NCBI RefSeq assembly: GCF_902713615.1
Contig: NC_052150.1
Coordinates: 93,627,206 to 93,691,205, forward strand
Source of the DNA: Scyliorhinus canicula
Lineage: Eukaryota
Direction: 5' to 3'
DNA: 64,000 nucleotides
The position numbers and the translations under genes were made by a program. Numbering within the stretch: position 1 is the stretch's first letter; each line of letters starts with the position of its first letter. Shown in pieces: positions 1 to 12,737 of the stretch. The notes beneath the pieces are model-generated. The model was not told where the DNA came from and made no database searches. It was given only the letters and a program-made list of their open reading frames with translations.

Positions 1-1700
1 TCCTCAAGGAAATTTATTTCCTTTTTCTGTGGATCTTGTATGTGGCTCTGTTCTAATATTTTCTCCCTCCTTTTACAGGTTGTTGGCATTTTCGAATGAG
101 AGACAGTTTTGAAGTGGCCTATTTTCCCACAGTAGTGGTAATCTGCTCCCTGGCTGAAGGTTCTTATCACTTCAGCAATTTGTTTCTTCCACACCCAAGA
201 CCTTTCAAGATGGTGTTTGGTGCACTTTACCTCGTTTTGGTGGGTTTCAGCCTTGGTGAACTTTCTGTCATATGACCTACAAACTGAATGGTCTCACTTG
301 GCCTTCTCCATGGGATCTTGACTTCTCCATGAACAAATACCCAATTTTGTTTCCTAAATTCAGTTTGCTTTGTAATTTGTACTGCTTTAACAAGTGTTAT
401 ACCCTCACTTGTCTGCAAGAGACCTGATAATGCTTTATCTAGGATCCCTCCTTCAATTTTGACATCAATCAATTCATTTCTTTAGGTTGAATAATTGCAG
501 TTACCTGCCAATCTGTATGGATTGCTAATGAATTAATCCATGCTTTCTCCTGGCCTTTACCTTCTCTTGTTAAATTTTGCTCTTTCAATAATTAAGTTTC
601 TACAGGTGCTGGAATAGGAATCGAATGCTTGCAGGACTTTTTCATAAGAAGTTGAAGCTTCACCAACTCCCTGCCTCGGGATCACATAATTAGCAATAGA
701 TCCAATTGCATAAAGTTGTGAACTGACCTGGTTTTTTATGATCTTTTTAATGTGAGCCAGCAGCACCTCCATATCCTGTCCACCTCTTTCTCCAGTTGTC
801 CCAGTTTTGCGCCTGTTGCGAGCCTTCAGTACTCCAAATGATTCTGGGAGTGGGTAGTGCGGATTCCATTCTTCAACTGAATCCTGGAATTGTTGCTTCA
901 TTGGTGTTGTTTTTTTGCTGGGAGTCAGTTCTCACTGCTACCCAGACTCCAGGGGCGGGATTCTCTGACTGCCCGCCGGGTCGGAGAATCGCCCGGGGCC
1001 GGCGTCAATCCCGCCCCCACCGTGTCCCGAATTCTCTGCCCCCCGAGATTTGGCGGGGGCGGGAATCGCGCCACGCTGGTAGGCGGGCCCCCGCGCCGAT
1101 TCTCCGGCCTGCGATGGGCCGAAGCCCTGCCGCTGATAGGCCTCTCCCGCTGGCGTGGATTAAACCACCTACCTGACCAGCGGGATTGGCAGTGCGGGCG
1201 GGCGCCGGGGTCCTGGGGAGGGGGGGATCGTGGGGCGATCTGACCCCGAGGGGTGCCCCCCACGGTGGCCTGGCCCGCGATCAGGGCCCACCGATCGGCG
1301 GGCGGGCCTGTGCCATGGGGCACTCTTTTTCTTCCGCCTTCGTCATGGTCCTCAAATCCTTTCGGCCCCGGCTGGCGTGGTGCCAAAGGCCGTCCACACC
1401 AGCCGGCGGAGTAGGAACCACTCTGGCGCGGGCTTAGCACCTCAATCTGAGGGCTTGGCGCCAAAAAGTGCGGAGACATCCGCACCTTTGGGACGGCCCA
1501 ACGCCGGAGTGGTTCATGCCACTCCAACACGCCAGGACCCCCCGCCCCGCCGGGTAGGGGAGAATCCCGGCGCAGGTCTTTTTCTCAGCTTGTATCTGCT
1601 GCACCTGGGATGCTTCAACGGAGTCTTGAATCTGTTCCTGTTGTCCTTCTATCAAGGATCTCTTGATTTGCTAGGTCCGTAGCTACGTCTTAAGTTTTCT
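1..1700 (-). mobile_element. Degraded Gypsy LTR retrotransposon gag region, interrupted by a MITE
   Basis: ORF fragments 557-901 (NLIIERAKFNKRR) and 227-472 (GILDKALSGLLQ...TLVKAVQI) resemble Gypsy gag; stops and frameshifts present; boundaries approximate. Confidence 0.6.
953..1572. mobile_element. PIF/Harbinger-type MITE
   Basis: TIRs GGGCGGGATTCTC / GAGAATCCCGGCG; 3-bp TSD CAG at 950-952 and 1573-1575; GC-rich interior. Confidence 0.8.
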
Positions 1701-3066
1701 GCGTCTTTTACTCACTATGCACCGCCCCCACGTTTTGTTGTGTGCTCAGGGTCAAGGCGGAGTTCTTTGGAGCTTGCTAATTCGTCCAAGGTAAGCTGTT
1801 TGAGAATTTAGTTTTTTAAAACCATTACTCTTTATTTACAGCTACTTTGTACATATTGAGAACTCTGCATGAGGCTGGAACTTCTATCCTTCAGATCTCA
1901 GTTACTCAATCATGGTATTGCTACATCATCATCACAGCAGCTCCCTGACAGTTGCAGGAATGTATGAAGGACTGTGTCCAGCTGGAAGGTGCATTCACAG
2001 CGAGGTCACAAATGTTAATACCTTGCCCATCAACTTTAGACTCACCACAATGGCAGACTCTCCCTCACTTGCCTCAAGTTTGATTAACTCCTCCCCTCCC
2101 TGTGATATCTAACTTAACCGTTGCTCCTCTCTCCGGACGCCATCCCACTCAATTGCCAATTTGATTGGCTATGGCCAGAAAACAAGTCAAGCAGGAGCTG
2201 CCTTAATATTTTAGGTACTACAGGAAACCATTTTTTCTGTGTTTACAGGCTAAAAATCCTTTTCCAACACCTCCGCTTCTCCTTTTTTTCCAGCCAGTTA
2301 TAAACAGTGCCTAAGTTTTCATATCTAAATGATATTGCAGTTAAATTAATAAAACATTGAAGTTAATTGGGGCGAATGCAACTGGGTAGGATGCACTAGG
2401 AATTTCAGTTTTTTGTTCACTGTGATTATAACTATTGACAACAGCTCTTCTAATATCTTCATAAAAATTATTCTGTGTGAATGAGAGTGCACCACCTGGA
2501 AGAGCTTTATCTGTTTAGTTTATAATAGCAAAATCAACCTTAGCATAGGTTAGGGCTGCTTACATGGGCATATTTTATTACCAGAGATTGAAGACCTTTG
2601 TTCTTGCTCTTCCATAAATGTTAACCTTTCCTAGTTCATCAAAACACATTGCACCATCATCTCGTCATCCTCGAGAACAACCAGTAATACTACTGAATCA
2701 CTTCATTTGCTTCTGAGTGAAGCTTAGTCCTTCACAAGGAAGAGACTGGCACTTTTGACTTGCACCAAACGAGAAGAAGATTTAGGCTGACGTATTTAGA
2801 GGTTATGTTGAAGTATTATATATTTTGATGATGTTGGATAAGTACACTCTTGTGAAAACTCATTTATAATCCAAAAGAGTTGCAGTGCAATATGATAAAG
2901 AAAACAATAAATTCCACCAGTTCACAAAAACTTAATAGATAACGCTGACAAATCGTAGTTGTTCCTCGTTCAGTTTTACGTCATGGTTAGATAAGGTTAT
3001 ATACAGACTATTGTTTTATTACTGAATTTTAATAGCACAAACTAGTCCTCACCATACAAAGAATAA

Positions 3067-3072
3067 TTTATT
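3067..3072 (-). terminator. Candidate NPY polyadenylation signal AATAAA (alternative at 3015-3020)
   Basis: AATAAA on the minus strand ~220 nt after the stop codon, in an AT-rich 3' UTR. Confidence 0.55.
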
Positions 3073-3292
3073 TTTCACCTTTGTAATGGATTACATATTT
3101 AATGTATATATTTAAATAAACTTTATATACAATATATGATGCAGGAAAAAAAGTTCTACAGATTTCAGTGATGGCTACATGCATTGGCTGCCTTTTAATG
3201 TAAAATGAGGGTCTTTAGAACAGTGAGAATGTCTCATTTCCATAGCAATGGATGTTGAAGTGTGGATCACATTAAAGAAAATTGTATTTTCA

Positions 3293-3317
3293 TCACCACA
3301 TGGAAGGTTCATCATAC
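3293..3317 (-). CDS. NPY: Neuropeptide Y precursor, exon 4 coding part (end of CPON and stop)
   Basis: ttgcAG|G TAT GAT GAA CCT TCC ATG TGG TGA = (R)YDEPSMW*. Total CDS 188+81+25 = 294 nt, i.e. 97 aa plus stop. Confidence 0.96.
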
Positions 3318-3715
3318 CTGCAAGCAAAACAAAGAATGAGTAAATGCAACTGTCCATGTTTCGAATGATATGTTCAGCACGCAAAGCATTTTCTTCTATT
3401 TTTCTTGGCTTTCAGAAATAAAAGAGCCTCAGGTGGAGGTTTCTATTTTCCACATACACCCCCCAATCTCCAACCCCTCAATACCACCGGCTATACTCAG
3501 GTCAGATGCAGCTTGCAGTTCTGCTGCTATTTCAATCAGTCAACAATTTGGCATCACTTTTCCTGCCCTATTTGACTCACTACCGCAATGGATCATGCAT
3601 GGATCCAATGATAAATGTTTGCATTACCAATTCAATTGTCACTCTAATGATTTATTTAATGAAGGAAAAAATAGCTCTTCAATTTTAAACTTTGCCAGAC
3701 ACACACCAAAACTGT

Positions 3716-4325
3716 ACATGTTTTCCTGCAGCCCACCGCAGCACATTTCCTGCAGCATGTTTTCCTGCAGCCCACCGCAGCACGTTTCCTACAGCATGTT
3801 TTCCTGCAGCCCACCGCAGCACGTTTCCTGCAGCATGTTTTCCTGCAGCCCACCGCAGCACGTTTCCTGCAGCATGTTTTCCTGCAGCCCACCGCAGCAC
3901 GTTTCCTGCAGCACGTTTTGCTACAGCCCCACCGCAGCACGTTTCCTGCAGCATGTTTTCCTGCAGCCCACCGCAGCACGTTTCCTGCAGCACGTTTTGC
4001 TACAGCCCCACCGCAGCACGTTTCCTGCAGCATGTTTTCCTGCAGCCCCACCGCAGCACGTTTCCTGCAGCATGTTTTCCTGCAGCCCCACCGCAGCACG
4101 TTTCCTGCAGCATGTTTTGCTACAGCCCCACCGCAGCACGTTTCCTGCAGCATGTTTTGCTACAGCCCCGCCGCAGCACGTTTTGCGACAGCCCCACCGC
4201 AACACATTTTGCTGCAGCACGTTTTGCTACAGCCCCACCGCAGCACGTTTCCTGCAGCATGTTTTGCTACAGCCCCACCGCAGCACGTTTTGCGACAGCC
4301 CCACCGCAGCACGTTTTGCTGCAGC
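3716..4325. repeat. Minisatellite, ~39-40 bp unit, ~15 copies, in NPY intron 3
   Basis: Unit CATGTTTTCCTGCAGCCCACCGCAGCACGTTTCCTGCAG; variants with TTTTGCTACAG/TTTTGCGACAG accumulate toward the right. Confidence 0.95.
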
Positions 4326-4739
4326 AGAAGTGACAATCCTTTTAAATCCCCATTGACCTCGGACCAGAAAAGCCCCCTGCCACAGTATTTACAAGGGGAG
4401 ACCTATTGAATAGCAGGGCAGGCTTTAAGAGCCAACTGATTACTTTGGCTCCTATTTCATTGCACCTTCAATGCTAAGCTAATTATAGGATCATCTGTAA
4501 AAACTAAATACAATATTAGTTATTCCAAAGTTTAAAATTAAATCTTTTCAGCCTCGTTAGAATGCTCTCACTGATGCATTATTATAGAATTATTGGCCTA
4601 TACTTTGTATTTTTGATGCCACTTAATGTGTCCAGCAGTCCCACCACCCTACTGTCCACCAATCCCCTGCTCACCCCACCTCACACCAAATAGACACTTC
4701 ACAATTGATTAGGCCGTATTCTGATAGCAGAGAAATAGA

Positions 4740-6950
4740 CCTGAATTATGTATCAAATTCAAGGTACAAGTTGAATGCTTGCACCAAGTAGTGGAGCTAA
4801 GAAACAGCAAGGGTAGCAAACTTTGGTAGGAGTTGTTTATAGGCCACCGCATGGTATAAATCAGGAGGATAGACATTAACTTTGAAAGTTACGTAGCTCA
4901 ATCTAAAACTAGGGTTCTAAATCTAAACAAAGGAAACTACAAAGGTATGAGGGGCAAGATTGGAAAGTTACATCAAAAGCTATGTCAATAGACAGACAAT
5001 GGCTAGCACAAAAAACTTAATACATGCTCTCCAGCAAATTTACATTCATTGACAGCACAAAGCACAAAATTGACCCAAATATGGCTAACAAGAGTTAAAG
5101 GAAGAGATATAATTGCAAAAAGGTAACCTGAGGATTGGGAGAAGTTTAGAATTCAGCAAAAGAGAATCAAGAATTTGATAAAGAAAGAGAAAACAGAATA
5201 TGAAAACAAACCAGCAAGAAACATAAAAATGGACTGCAAAAGCTTCTATAAGTAAAAAAGAAAAAGATAAGCAAAGACAAAATTGGGCCCAATACAGGAG
5301 TATTTGTGATGGGGAGAAAGGAAAATAGCCTAGAAACTAAAGAAATACTTTGCAACTGTCTTCATGGAGGAGAACCTCCAGAATACTAGAAAAACAACTA
5401 GCAAGATTGAAGAACTGAAAGAATTATTAATATCAATGCAAGTGTAGGACTGGTGAAAGAAATTAGCATAGCATTAATAAAAAGGTAGTGCTGGAGAATT
5501 TAATGGGACTAAACGTTGATACATCCCCTGGACGTACATCCCAAAGTATTGAAAGAAGTAGCTTTAGATTTAGTAGATGCATCTTCCAAAATTCTATAGA
5601 TTCTGGAACAGTCCCTTCAGATTGGAGGGTAGCTTATGTAATACTACTATTTAAAAAGGAGGGAGAGAGAAAACAGTGAACGACAGGCCTGTTAGCCTGA
5701 CACCAGTAGTCCGGAAAATGCTAGAATCTATTCTGAAAGGATGTGATAACTGGGCATGTAGAATGATTGGGCAGAGTCAACATGAATCTATGAAAGGGAA
5801 ATCATGCTGGACAAACCTGTCTTTTTGAGGATGTATCTCGCAGAATAGATAAAGAGAACAAGTGAATATGATGTATTTGGATTTTCAGAAGGCTAAGGTC
5901 TCACACAAGAGGTTGATAAGCAAAATTGGAGCACCTGGGATTGGCAGTAATATACTGACATGGATTGAGGAAAATAGAGTAGGAATAAATGGGTCATTCT
6001 CAGGATGGCATGCTGTGACTAATGGGGTACCACAAGGATCATTGCTTGGACCCCAGCTATTCACAATTAATTATTTGGATGTGGGGACTAAGTGTAATAT
6101 TTCCAAGTGATGACACAAAACTTGATGGGGATTGGAGTTGTGAGGAGGGTTCAAGAAGGTTTAGCTGAGTGAATGAACAAGAAGATGGCAAATGGAAGAT
6201 AGTGGGAAAAAAGAAATCCACTTCAGGAAAAATGGAAATGCAGAGCATTTCGTAGATGGGAAGTGTGATTTTCTAAGGAACCTGGATGTTCTTGTTCATA
6301 AATCACGGAAAATGAATGATATGTTAGCCTTTATCGCAAGAGGATTTGAGTACAGGGTATGGAAGATTTGCTGCAATTGCATGAGATCATGCCTGGAGTA
6401 TTGTGTGAAGTTTTTGTCTCCTTACCCAAAGAAGGGTATACTTGCCATATAGGGAGTGTAATAAAAGTTCACTAAACTGATGCCTGGGACTGCTAAATGA
6501 GGAGAGTTTGAAGAGGCTGGGACTGTGACTGCTCAGTGAAGAGAGATTGAAGATACTAGGACTGTAGTCTCTAAAGATGAGAAAAATGGGACGTGTATAT
6601 ATTCAAACAGGCTCCATGAGGTAGATGCAAAAGGATGTTTCCCTTTGCTGGGGAGGGTCCAGAACAGCGGGGACAGTCTCAGAATATGAGGAAGACAATT
6701 TAGGACCAAGATGAGGAGAAATGTCTTTAATCAGAGGGTGGTGAGTCTTTAAAATTCTTTAACCCAGCGAGCTATGGAGGCTCAGCCATTGAATATAATC
6801 AAGACAGATTGATAGACCCCTAGTTATCAAAGATAACAAGGGTATGGGGATAGTGTGGGAAAATGGCATTAAAGTAGAATATTGGCCATGATCATATGGT
6901 GGAGCAGATTTGGGGGACCAAATGGCCTATTGCTGTTCCGATGTTCACAT
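4740..6950 (+). mobile_element. Degraded CR1 LINE (ORF2 RT and 3' tail) in NPY intron 3
   Basis: Fragments YLDFQKA, GVPQGSLLGPQLF, LAFIARGFEYR and LEYCV; CR1-type 3' tail; many stops. Confidence 0.85.
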
Positions 6951-7044
6951 CTACCATTCTTGAGTTTTGCCTAATTTTAGTTAACCTCTAACGTCACGCC
7001 AATTGGAACAGCAAAGCTGAATTTAAAATCCTCCTTTTCTCTTT

Positions 7045-7363
7045 CATAGAATTCCTACAGTGAAGAAGGAGGCTATTCAACCCATCAAGTCTGCACCAAC
7101 CCTCCGAAAGAGAACCCCACCTAGACACTCCCCCACCATATCCCCGTACCCCAACTAACCTTCAGACATGAACAGATAATTTATTATGGCAAATCCACCT
7201 AACCTGCACATGTTTGGACTGTGGGAGGAAGCCCACACAAACATGGGAGAATATACAAACTCCACACACACACACACACACAGTCACCCAAGGCCAGAAT
7301 TGAACCCAGGTCCCTTGCGCTGTGAGGCAGCAGTGCTACCCACTGTGCCCACCATGCTGCCCT
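7045..7363 (-). mobile_element. tRNA-derived SINE (HE1/V-SINE-like)
   Basis: Minus-strand head GGGCAGCATGGTGGGCACAGTGG...GGGTTCAATTC (Pol III A/B boxes), central GTGCAGGTTAGGTGGATT, CR1-like tail. Confidence 0.85.
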
Positions 7364-7425
7364 TTTTCTAGCAACCAGATTAAGTTTTGCCGGATGTACT
7401 AACACATTATTCATTTTCTTGAACA

Positions 7426-7582
7426 TTGCTTTTATTTTAATTTTAAATTCCATGAACCACTGGAAATCCTATTTGAATATGATCTAGGCTGATCATTCTT
7501 AGATGCTTTTATTTTTATTTTAAATTCCATGAACCACTGGAAATCCTATTTGAATATGATCTAGGCTGATCATTCTTAGATG
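7426..7582. repeat. Tandem duplication of ~77 bp
   Basis: TTTTAAATTCCATGAACCACTGGAAATCCTATTTGAATATGATCTAGGCTGATCATTCTTAGATG occurs twice in tandem. Confidence 0.9.
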
Positions 7583-7779
7583 TTTGAACGTACCGTTATT
7601 TAAATATGCCCCTTCAGCCTAGACTAAATTAATTAAATTTAATGATGCAGAATTCAATTAGTGCATGCCCACCCCCTTTCAAATGGCGCATCTGGTGCTG
7701 TCACTATGGAATTGCTTTTAGCTGTACACTTCTACCATAAAAAGCTGCATTACAAAATATCCTTGTCACGTGCACTCAC

Positions 7780-7860
7780 CTATATTGAGGAAAACTTTCC
7801 GAGTTTTCACTCAGCAGCAGATCGGTGATCAGTGCCTCAGGGCTGGCTCTCTTTCCATAT
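7780..7860 (-). CDS. NPY: Neuropeptide Y precursor, exon 3 (Tyr36, GKR amidation/cleavage site, most of CPON)
   Basis: 81-bp exon ccacAG|A TAT GGA AAG AGA GCC AGC CCT GAG...CAA TAT AG|GTGAGT = (R)YGKRASPEALITDLLLSENSESFPQY(R). Phase matches exon 2. Confidence 0.97.
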
Positions 7861-9670
7861 CTGTGGCAGACAAATGACCCAAATATTTTAAACCGTTACC
7901 AGAGTTGTTTAGTTGATTAATTTGGCAAATAGTTACAATTAGTTCTTTTTAAAAGGAGCATGCATGTCAACCAAATTCTAATATTCATGCTATTATTTAT
8001 GCATCATGAATTGCATGCTATGTTTTCTTTGGTACCCAGTTATGTTAATAGTTATGCTTCCATTATACTCTTTAGATATGATTATAATAAGTACAGCTTT
8101 CTCAAAAACTACTCCAGCTTTCTCAAAAGTTACTCCGACTGTGGACAGGATTAATTAAAACACCATAAATAAACACAAATAAAAATAGACAGCTCACAGT
8201 AAGCCAATCAGAACCGGAGGGAAGTTTTGGGTGCAACATTACCTCAGAACTAGCCAGAAACTGATTGCTTCAAGAATTGACCTAAACTGAAGAAGTGAAA
8301 CATCATCTTGTTTTAACAAGCTCGGAAAAATGGATGTTCAGAGATTTATGAGTCCATGTACACTGATCACGAAAATGCTGTAGTCAGATGCAAAAAAAAC
8401 CCTAATGTACGCCTTTATATTTACAGGGCTACTGTAAATATAAAGGGAAGATGGTTTAAGTTACAACTGTACAAAGACCTGGTAAGACCACATCTTGAAT
8501 GCATACAGCACTTTGGAAAGATTACTCTTAGAAAGAGAGCAATGCTTACTCACCTGGACTCAAGAGGGTTAAACTATGTGAAGAGATTAAGCACAGAAAC
8601 AGGCGATTTGACCCAAATGTCCCATGGTGGCGTTTAGGTTTCTGTTCTTCTCATCTAATTATCAGTAATAACTCTCTATTCTCTTCATCCACATTTGCTT
8701 GTCTGGCTTCCCATAAATGTATCTGTATTATTTGCCCAACTATGCTATGGTAACAAGCTCAACATTGACAAAGAAATTTGTTCTGAATTCCCTATTTAAT
8801 TTCTTGGTGACTTTCTTTCTTTCTTGATAGCCTCTAGTTTTGCTCTTTGCTCCAAATGAAATCATTTTTCTCTTTATGAAAACTCAAGTGAACAGTGACC
8901 GCCTGTCAGTATCTTTGTGATAGATAGAACCTTGCATTCCTGTTGTCATACTCAATTCCTTTTGCACCCTCTCCAATACTTCGCTATCCATTACTACTTA
9001 AAAATTGATTGTATTAAATAACTATAGATTATGTAAACTAGATTATATTAAATAAGTATAGATTACGTAAAATAGACTTGTATTCAAAGATATTTAGGAC
9101 TCTGTACATTGATCTCTAAAATATAGTGGTCAGAACTACTATAGGTTAAGGGTGATTGAATTGAGATTTAGGATTTTGAAAGCAATTAATTTGATAGATA
9201 TTTCCATAAAGAAATATAATCTTCAGATCAGCGCCAGGCAATTGAGGAGCCATTTTAAGAAACATTTTTTCTCCCCCACACAAAGAGAAATGGGAGTCTG
9301 TGCCACAAAAAAAAAACCCGGCAGATGCTATCTTATAATAATTTAAAAGTGGAGGTTGATAGATTTTTTTGCCAGCCAAGGATATTACAGGGTATGGTGT
9401 CAAGACAGGTGGATGGAATTAGGATACAGATCAACCATTATTTCATGGAAAAGTGGAACAGATGCAAGGAGCTCATGGCCTCCTCCTGTTCCTATCTTGC
9501 TTCCAGATCCAAATCAAAATTTGCAACATGCTGATAATAAATGCACAGTTGCTCAACACTATCATCTGCATCAGATCTAGTTTTATCAGATGCATATTTA
9601 AAAAAGCTTCTCCAAAATAAGATTCTCAGCAGGCGAGAAGAAAAGCTCAGCATTGTATAGTGTCAATGAT

Positions 9671-9830
9671 ACATAAGAACAAAGAACTAGGAGCAGGAGT
9701 AGTCCATCTGGCCCCTTGTGCCTGCTCCGCCATTCAATGAGATCATGGCTGATCTTTTTTGGACTCAACTCCACTTTCTGGCCCGAACATCATAACCCTC
9801 AATCCCTTTATTCTTCAACAGAGCCATTTG
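9671..9830 (-). mobile_element. Short 5'-truncated CR1 3' end
   Basis: CR1 tail (ACATAAGAAC...GGAGCAGGAGTAG); flanking 13-bp direct repeat TAGTGTCAATGAT at 9658-9670 and 9831-9843. Confidence 0.65.
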
Positions 9831-10025
9831 TAGTGTCAATGATGCAGAGCCATGTCTTGTGTGTGGTGTCTACTCCAAGATAGCACTTTACATTAGCTGT
9901 ACTCACATAATGGGGCTGTTTATGTCTAAGAACACTAGGCTTCTGCATGCACATACTCCACCTTGGTGATTACATGCACATATTCCGTTTTGGTGACTAC
10001 AATTTTTTTCATAAGTGAGGACTGT

Positions 10026-10258
10026 GGGCCGCACGGTAGCACAGTGGCTTCACAGTGCTAGGGTCCCAGGATCGATTCCCAGCTTGGGTCACTGAGTGGT
10101 GTGTTCTCCAGTGTCTGCGTGGGTTTCTTCCGGTTTTCTCCCACAAGCCCCGAATGACGTGCTGTTAGGTAATTTGGACAAGGTGCTGGAATGTGACGAC
10201 TCGGGGCTTTTTACAGCAATTTCATTGCTGTCAGCCTACTTGTGACAATAAAGATTAT
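10026..10258 (+). mobile_element. tRNA-derived SINE with a GCCTACTTGTGACAATAAA tail
   Basis: tRNA-like head with B box GGATCGATTCC; tail shared with copies at ~18205, ~23502 and ~37103. Confidence 0.75.
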
Positions 10259-12459
10259 TCTTTGTGTTTTAATGCATATTATTTTGCTCAATTGTATTCT
10301 GCCTCAAGTTTTAAAATGGTGTGAACTGTTATGTTGAGGAAACAAGGGAAGGAAATACATAACTTCATTGTTGAGTTCTGAAAACAATTGAGATTACAGT
10401 ATATCAGGACGTGAATTATTATTACTCCTGTTTCTAATTTACAACTACTTGAATTCAAAACCTCAAAAAGCTAATTAGTCACATTTGTAGAAGGCATGGA
10501 ACTAGGACAGTAAGTGGATTCAAAAGGAGGTGCAGGAGAAATTACAGCATGATTGAGGAAATACACACATATATAATATATATATGTACATGTGTAGGTA
10601 GAATAATAGTAGTTAAAAGTTAATACTAAAGTATGTAAAGTACTGTACAATGTCAGCGAAAAGTGACACACATACTCCATGAATAGTGTTGCAATAGCTG
10701 CAGGTGAAATTAAAAAGACCTACATTAGACTGAACATGTAACGGGTGAAATTGGTCAATGTCAGTACCACAAAATGGAAAAGAAAATATGGCACAGTGCA
10801 AGCAAGCTGTCAATTCATAGTCATTATAAGCATTACCATTGACTGATTTTTTTACCTCAACATATCTAACCAATGTTGAGAGCAGTCAAAAAAACAACTG
10901 AATAACAAAGGAAAAATGGCAGTGAGTAAGAGAAAGCCACGATCACACTGTAGCCAGGCCATATCTTGACTGCCAATTCTGATAAAAGTCATCAACATGA
11001 AACATTCATTTTGTTTTTCTTCCTTGGTGGCTCTGCCTGACGGTCAATATTTCTGCGATTGTTCCTTGACCACTGTATCCAGTTCTGGTCAGGCAGGGAA
11101 ACAAGTGAGTGCTGGAGGAAATGCAAAGAAGAAACACAAAGCTGGTCCCTCATGCCCAGAATCGGAGTTTCATAGATTGACTGGGTACCTTATATTACTT
11201 GCTACCTGAAAGGAAATGTGCGAGGGGTAATCTTAAGAGGAGAGGTAGGACTGGAATATGTATTTAAGAATGTAGAACAATTGGATACAGGTTCAAATTT
11301 CTGAAAGGGCATGTATTCAGAAGTATTTCTTTCTACAAAGAGCGATCAACACATTGAATGGACTTCCAGATACACTGAAATCATTTCACAATTGGAAGTT
11401 TTATGCTGGGGAGACAGTAAGGTCTGAATTAAGATGGGCCAAAAGACCTCTCATCTGTAATTGTCTGGTGAAGTATTTATTTCAGGACAAATGGGAACCG
11501 TGGAAGCTTTTCAATTCCATTATATTTTCACTACTGGTTATTACATTACACTTATCTGATTATAAGAGCATCAGTGGATCCCTTCAATTTTCCGTTCTAG
11601 TTGTATCTCTCAGGTACACTGAGTACATAATCTGGCATTTTAATTGAGTGAACCAAGTGGTCTATGGATTGCAAGATTAAATTAAATGTTTTTTGCACTG
11701 AACCACAGGTATCGGGCATTCTATTTAAATTATAAGCAAATTCCAATACTTCAAAATGATTAAGGCAGTTTGCTGTCCCGGGAGCATTAATATTTATTTG
11801 AATAAACCCATTGCAAGACTTCAGACAGGCAGTGATGTTAGGTTATGGGTTCAGTAAAGCAAATACTATTGTAAATAATCCCAGCTAATGAACAATAAAC
11901 AAATGATGAAATGGGATCACCATAATTGCACTCCCTGGTAACGGTCCACACTGTAATTTCTCATTTGTTTCATATGTAAGAAATATCACTATCTGTATAT
12001 TCTCTTGCTGTGAATATAGGAATGGAAAGATTTAAGGAATCACGTGCACAATTCTTTGTAGGGATCAGTAGAAGTTGGTAAAGCTAAAATAAACGTTTGG
12101 AAAGTTGGCTTTATTAATAAAAGCAGACCACAAAAGCATGAGGTTGTGGCAAACCTATAAGTCTATACTCTATCCAATTCAGGGTGTCGTACTTTAGGGA
12201 GAATGCCAAGGCCTTGGCAATGGTGCAGAGGAGTTTTACAAGGAATGAGGGACTTCTTTCTGTGTAGAGAATAGAGAAGTTGGGTTTTCTCCCATTAGAT
12301 CAGGGAAGGTTAATGTAATTATGAAGGATTTTGATGCAGAGAAATTGACAGTTAGTAAGCTGAGAACATCTTTTTAAAAAACAAATGGCAAAACTACTGG
12401 AGGGAAGATTGGCAGAACTATTAAAAGATAGACAATTATTTAGGTTTGGAAGGCCTGAA

Positions 12460-12737
12460 TGGGGTAGTGCGGTAGCACAGTGGATAGCACTGTGGCTTCA
12501 CAGTGTGAGGGTCCCAAGTTCAATTCTCCGCTGGGTCACTGTCTGTGTGGAGTCTGCACGTTTTCCCCATGTCTGCCTGGGCTAGGTGGATTGGACATAT
12601 TAAATTGCCTTAGTGTCCAAAAACGGTTAGGAGGGTTTATTGGGTTACGGGTATAGGGTAGAAGTGAAGACTTAAAGTGGGTTGGTGCAGACTCGAATTG
12701 GGCCGAATGGCCTCCTTCTGCACTGTATGTTCTATGG
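12460..12737 (+). mobile_element. tRNA-derived SINE (HE1/V-SINE-like)
   Basis: A/B-box head, central domain, tail GGGCCGAATGGCCTCCTTCTGCACTGTATGTTCTATG. Confidence 0.8.

Noticed and set aside
796-1682. Cluster of overlapping Arg/Pro/Gly-rich ORFs (similar clusters at 28316-29342 and 59192-59771)
   Set aside because: These are GC-rich MITE interiors with few stop codons and no recognisable domain.
3370-4409. Long Cys/Pro/Ala-rich ORFs (up to 328 aa) in several frames
   Set aside because: They result from a stop-free minisatellite in NPY intron 3 and are open on both strands.
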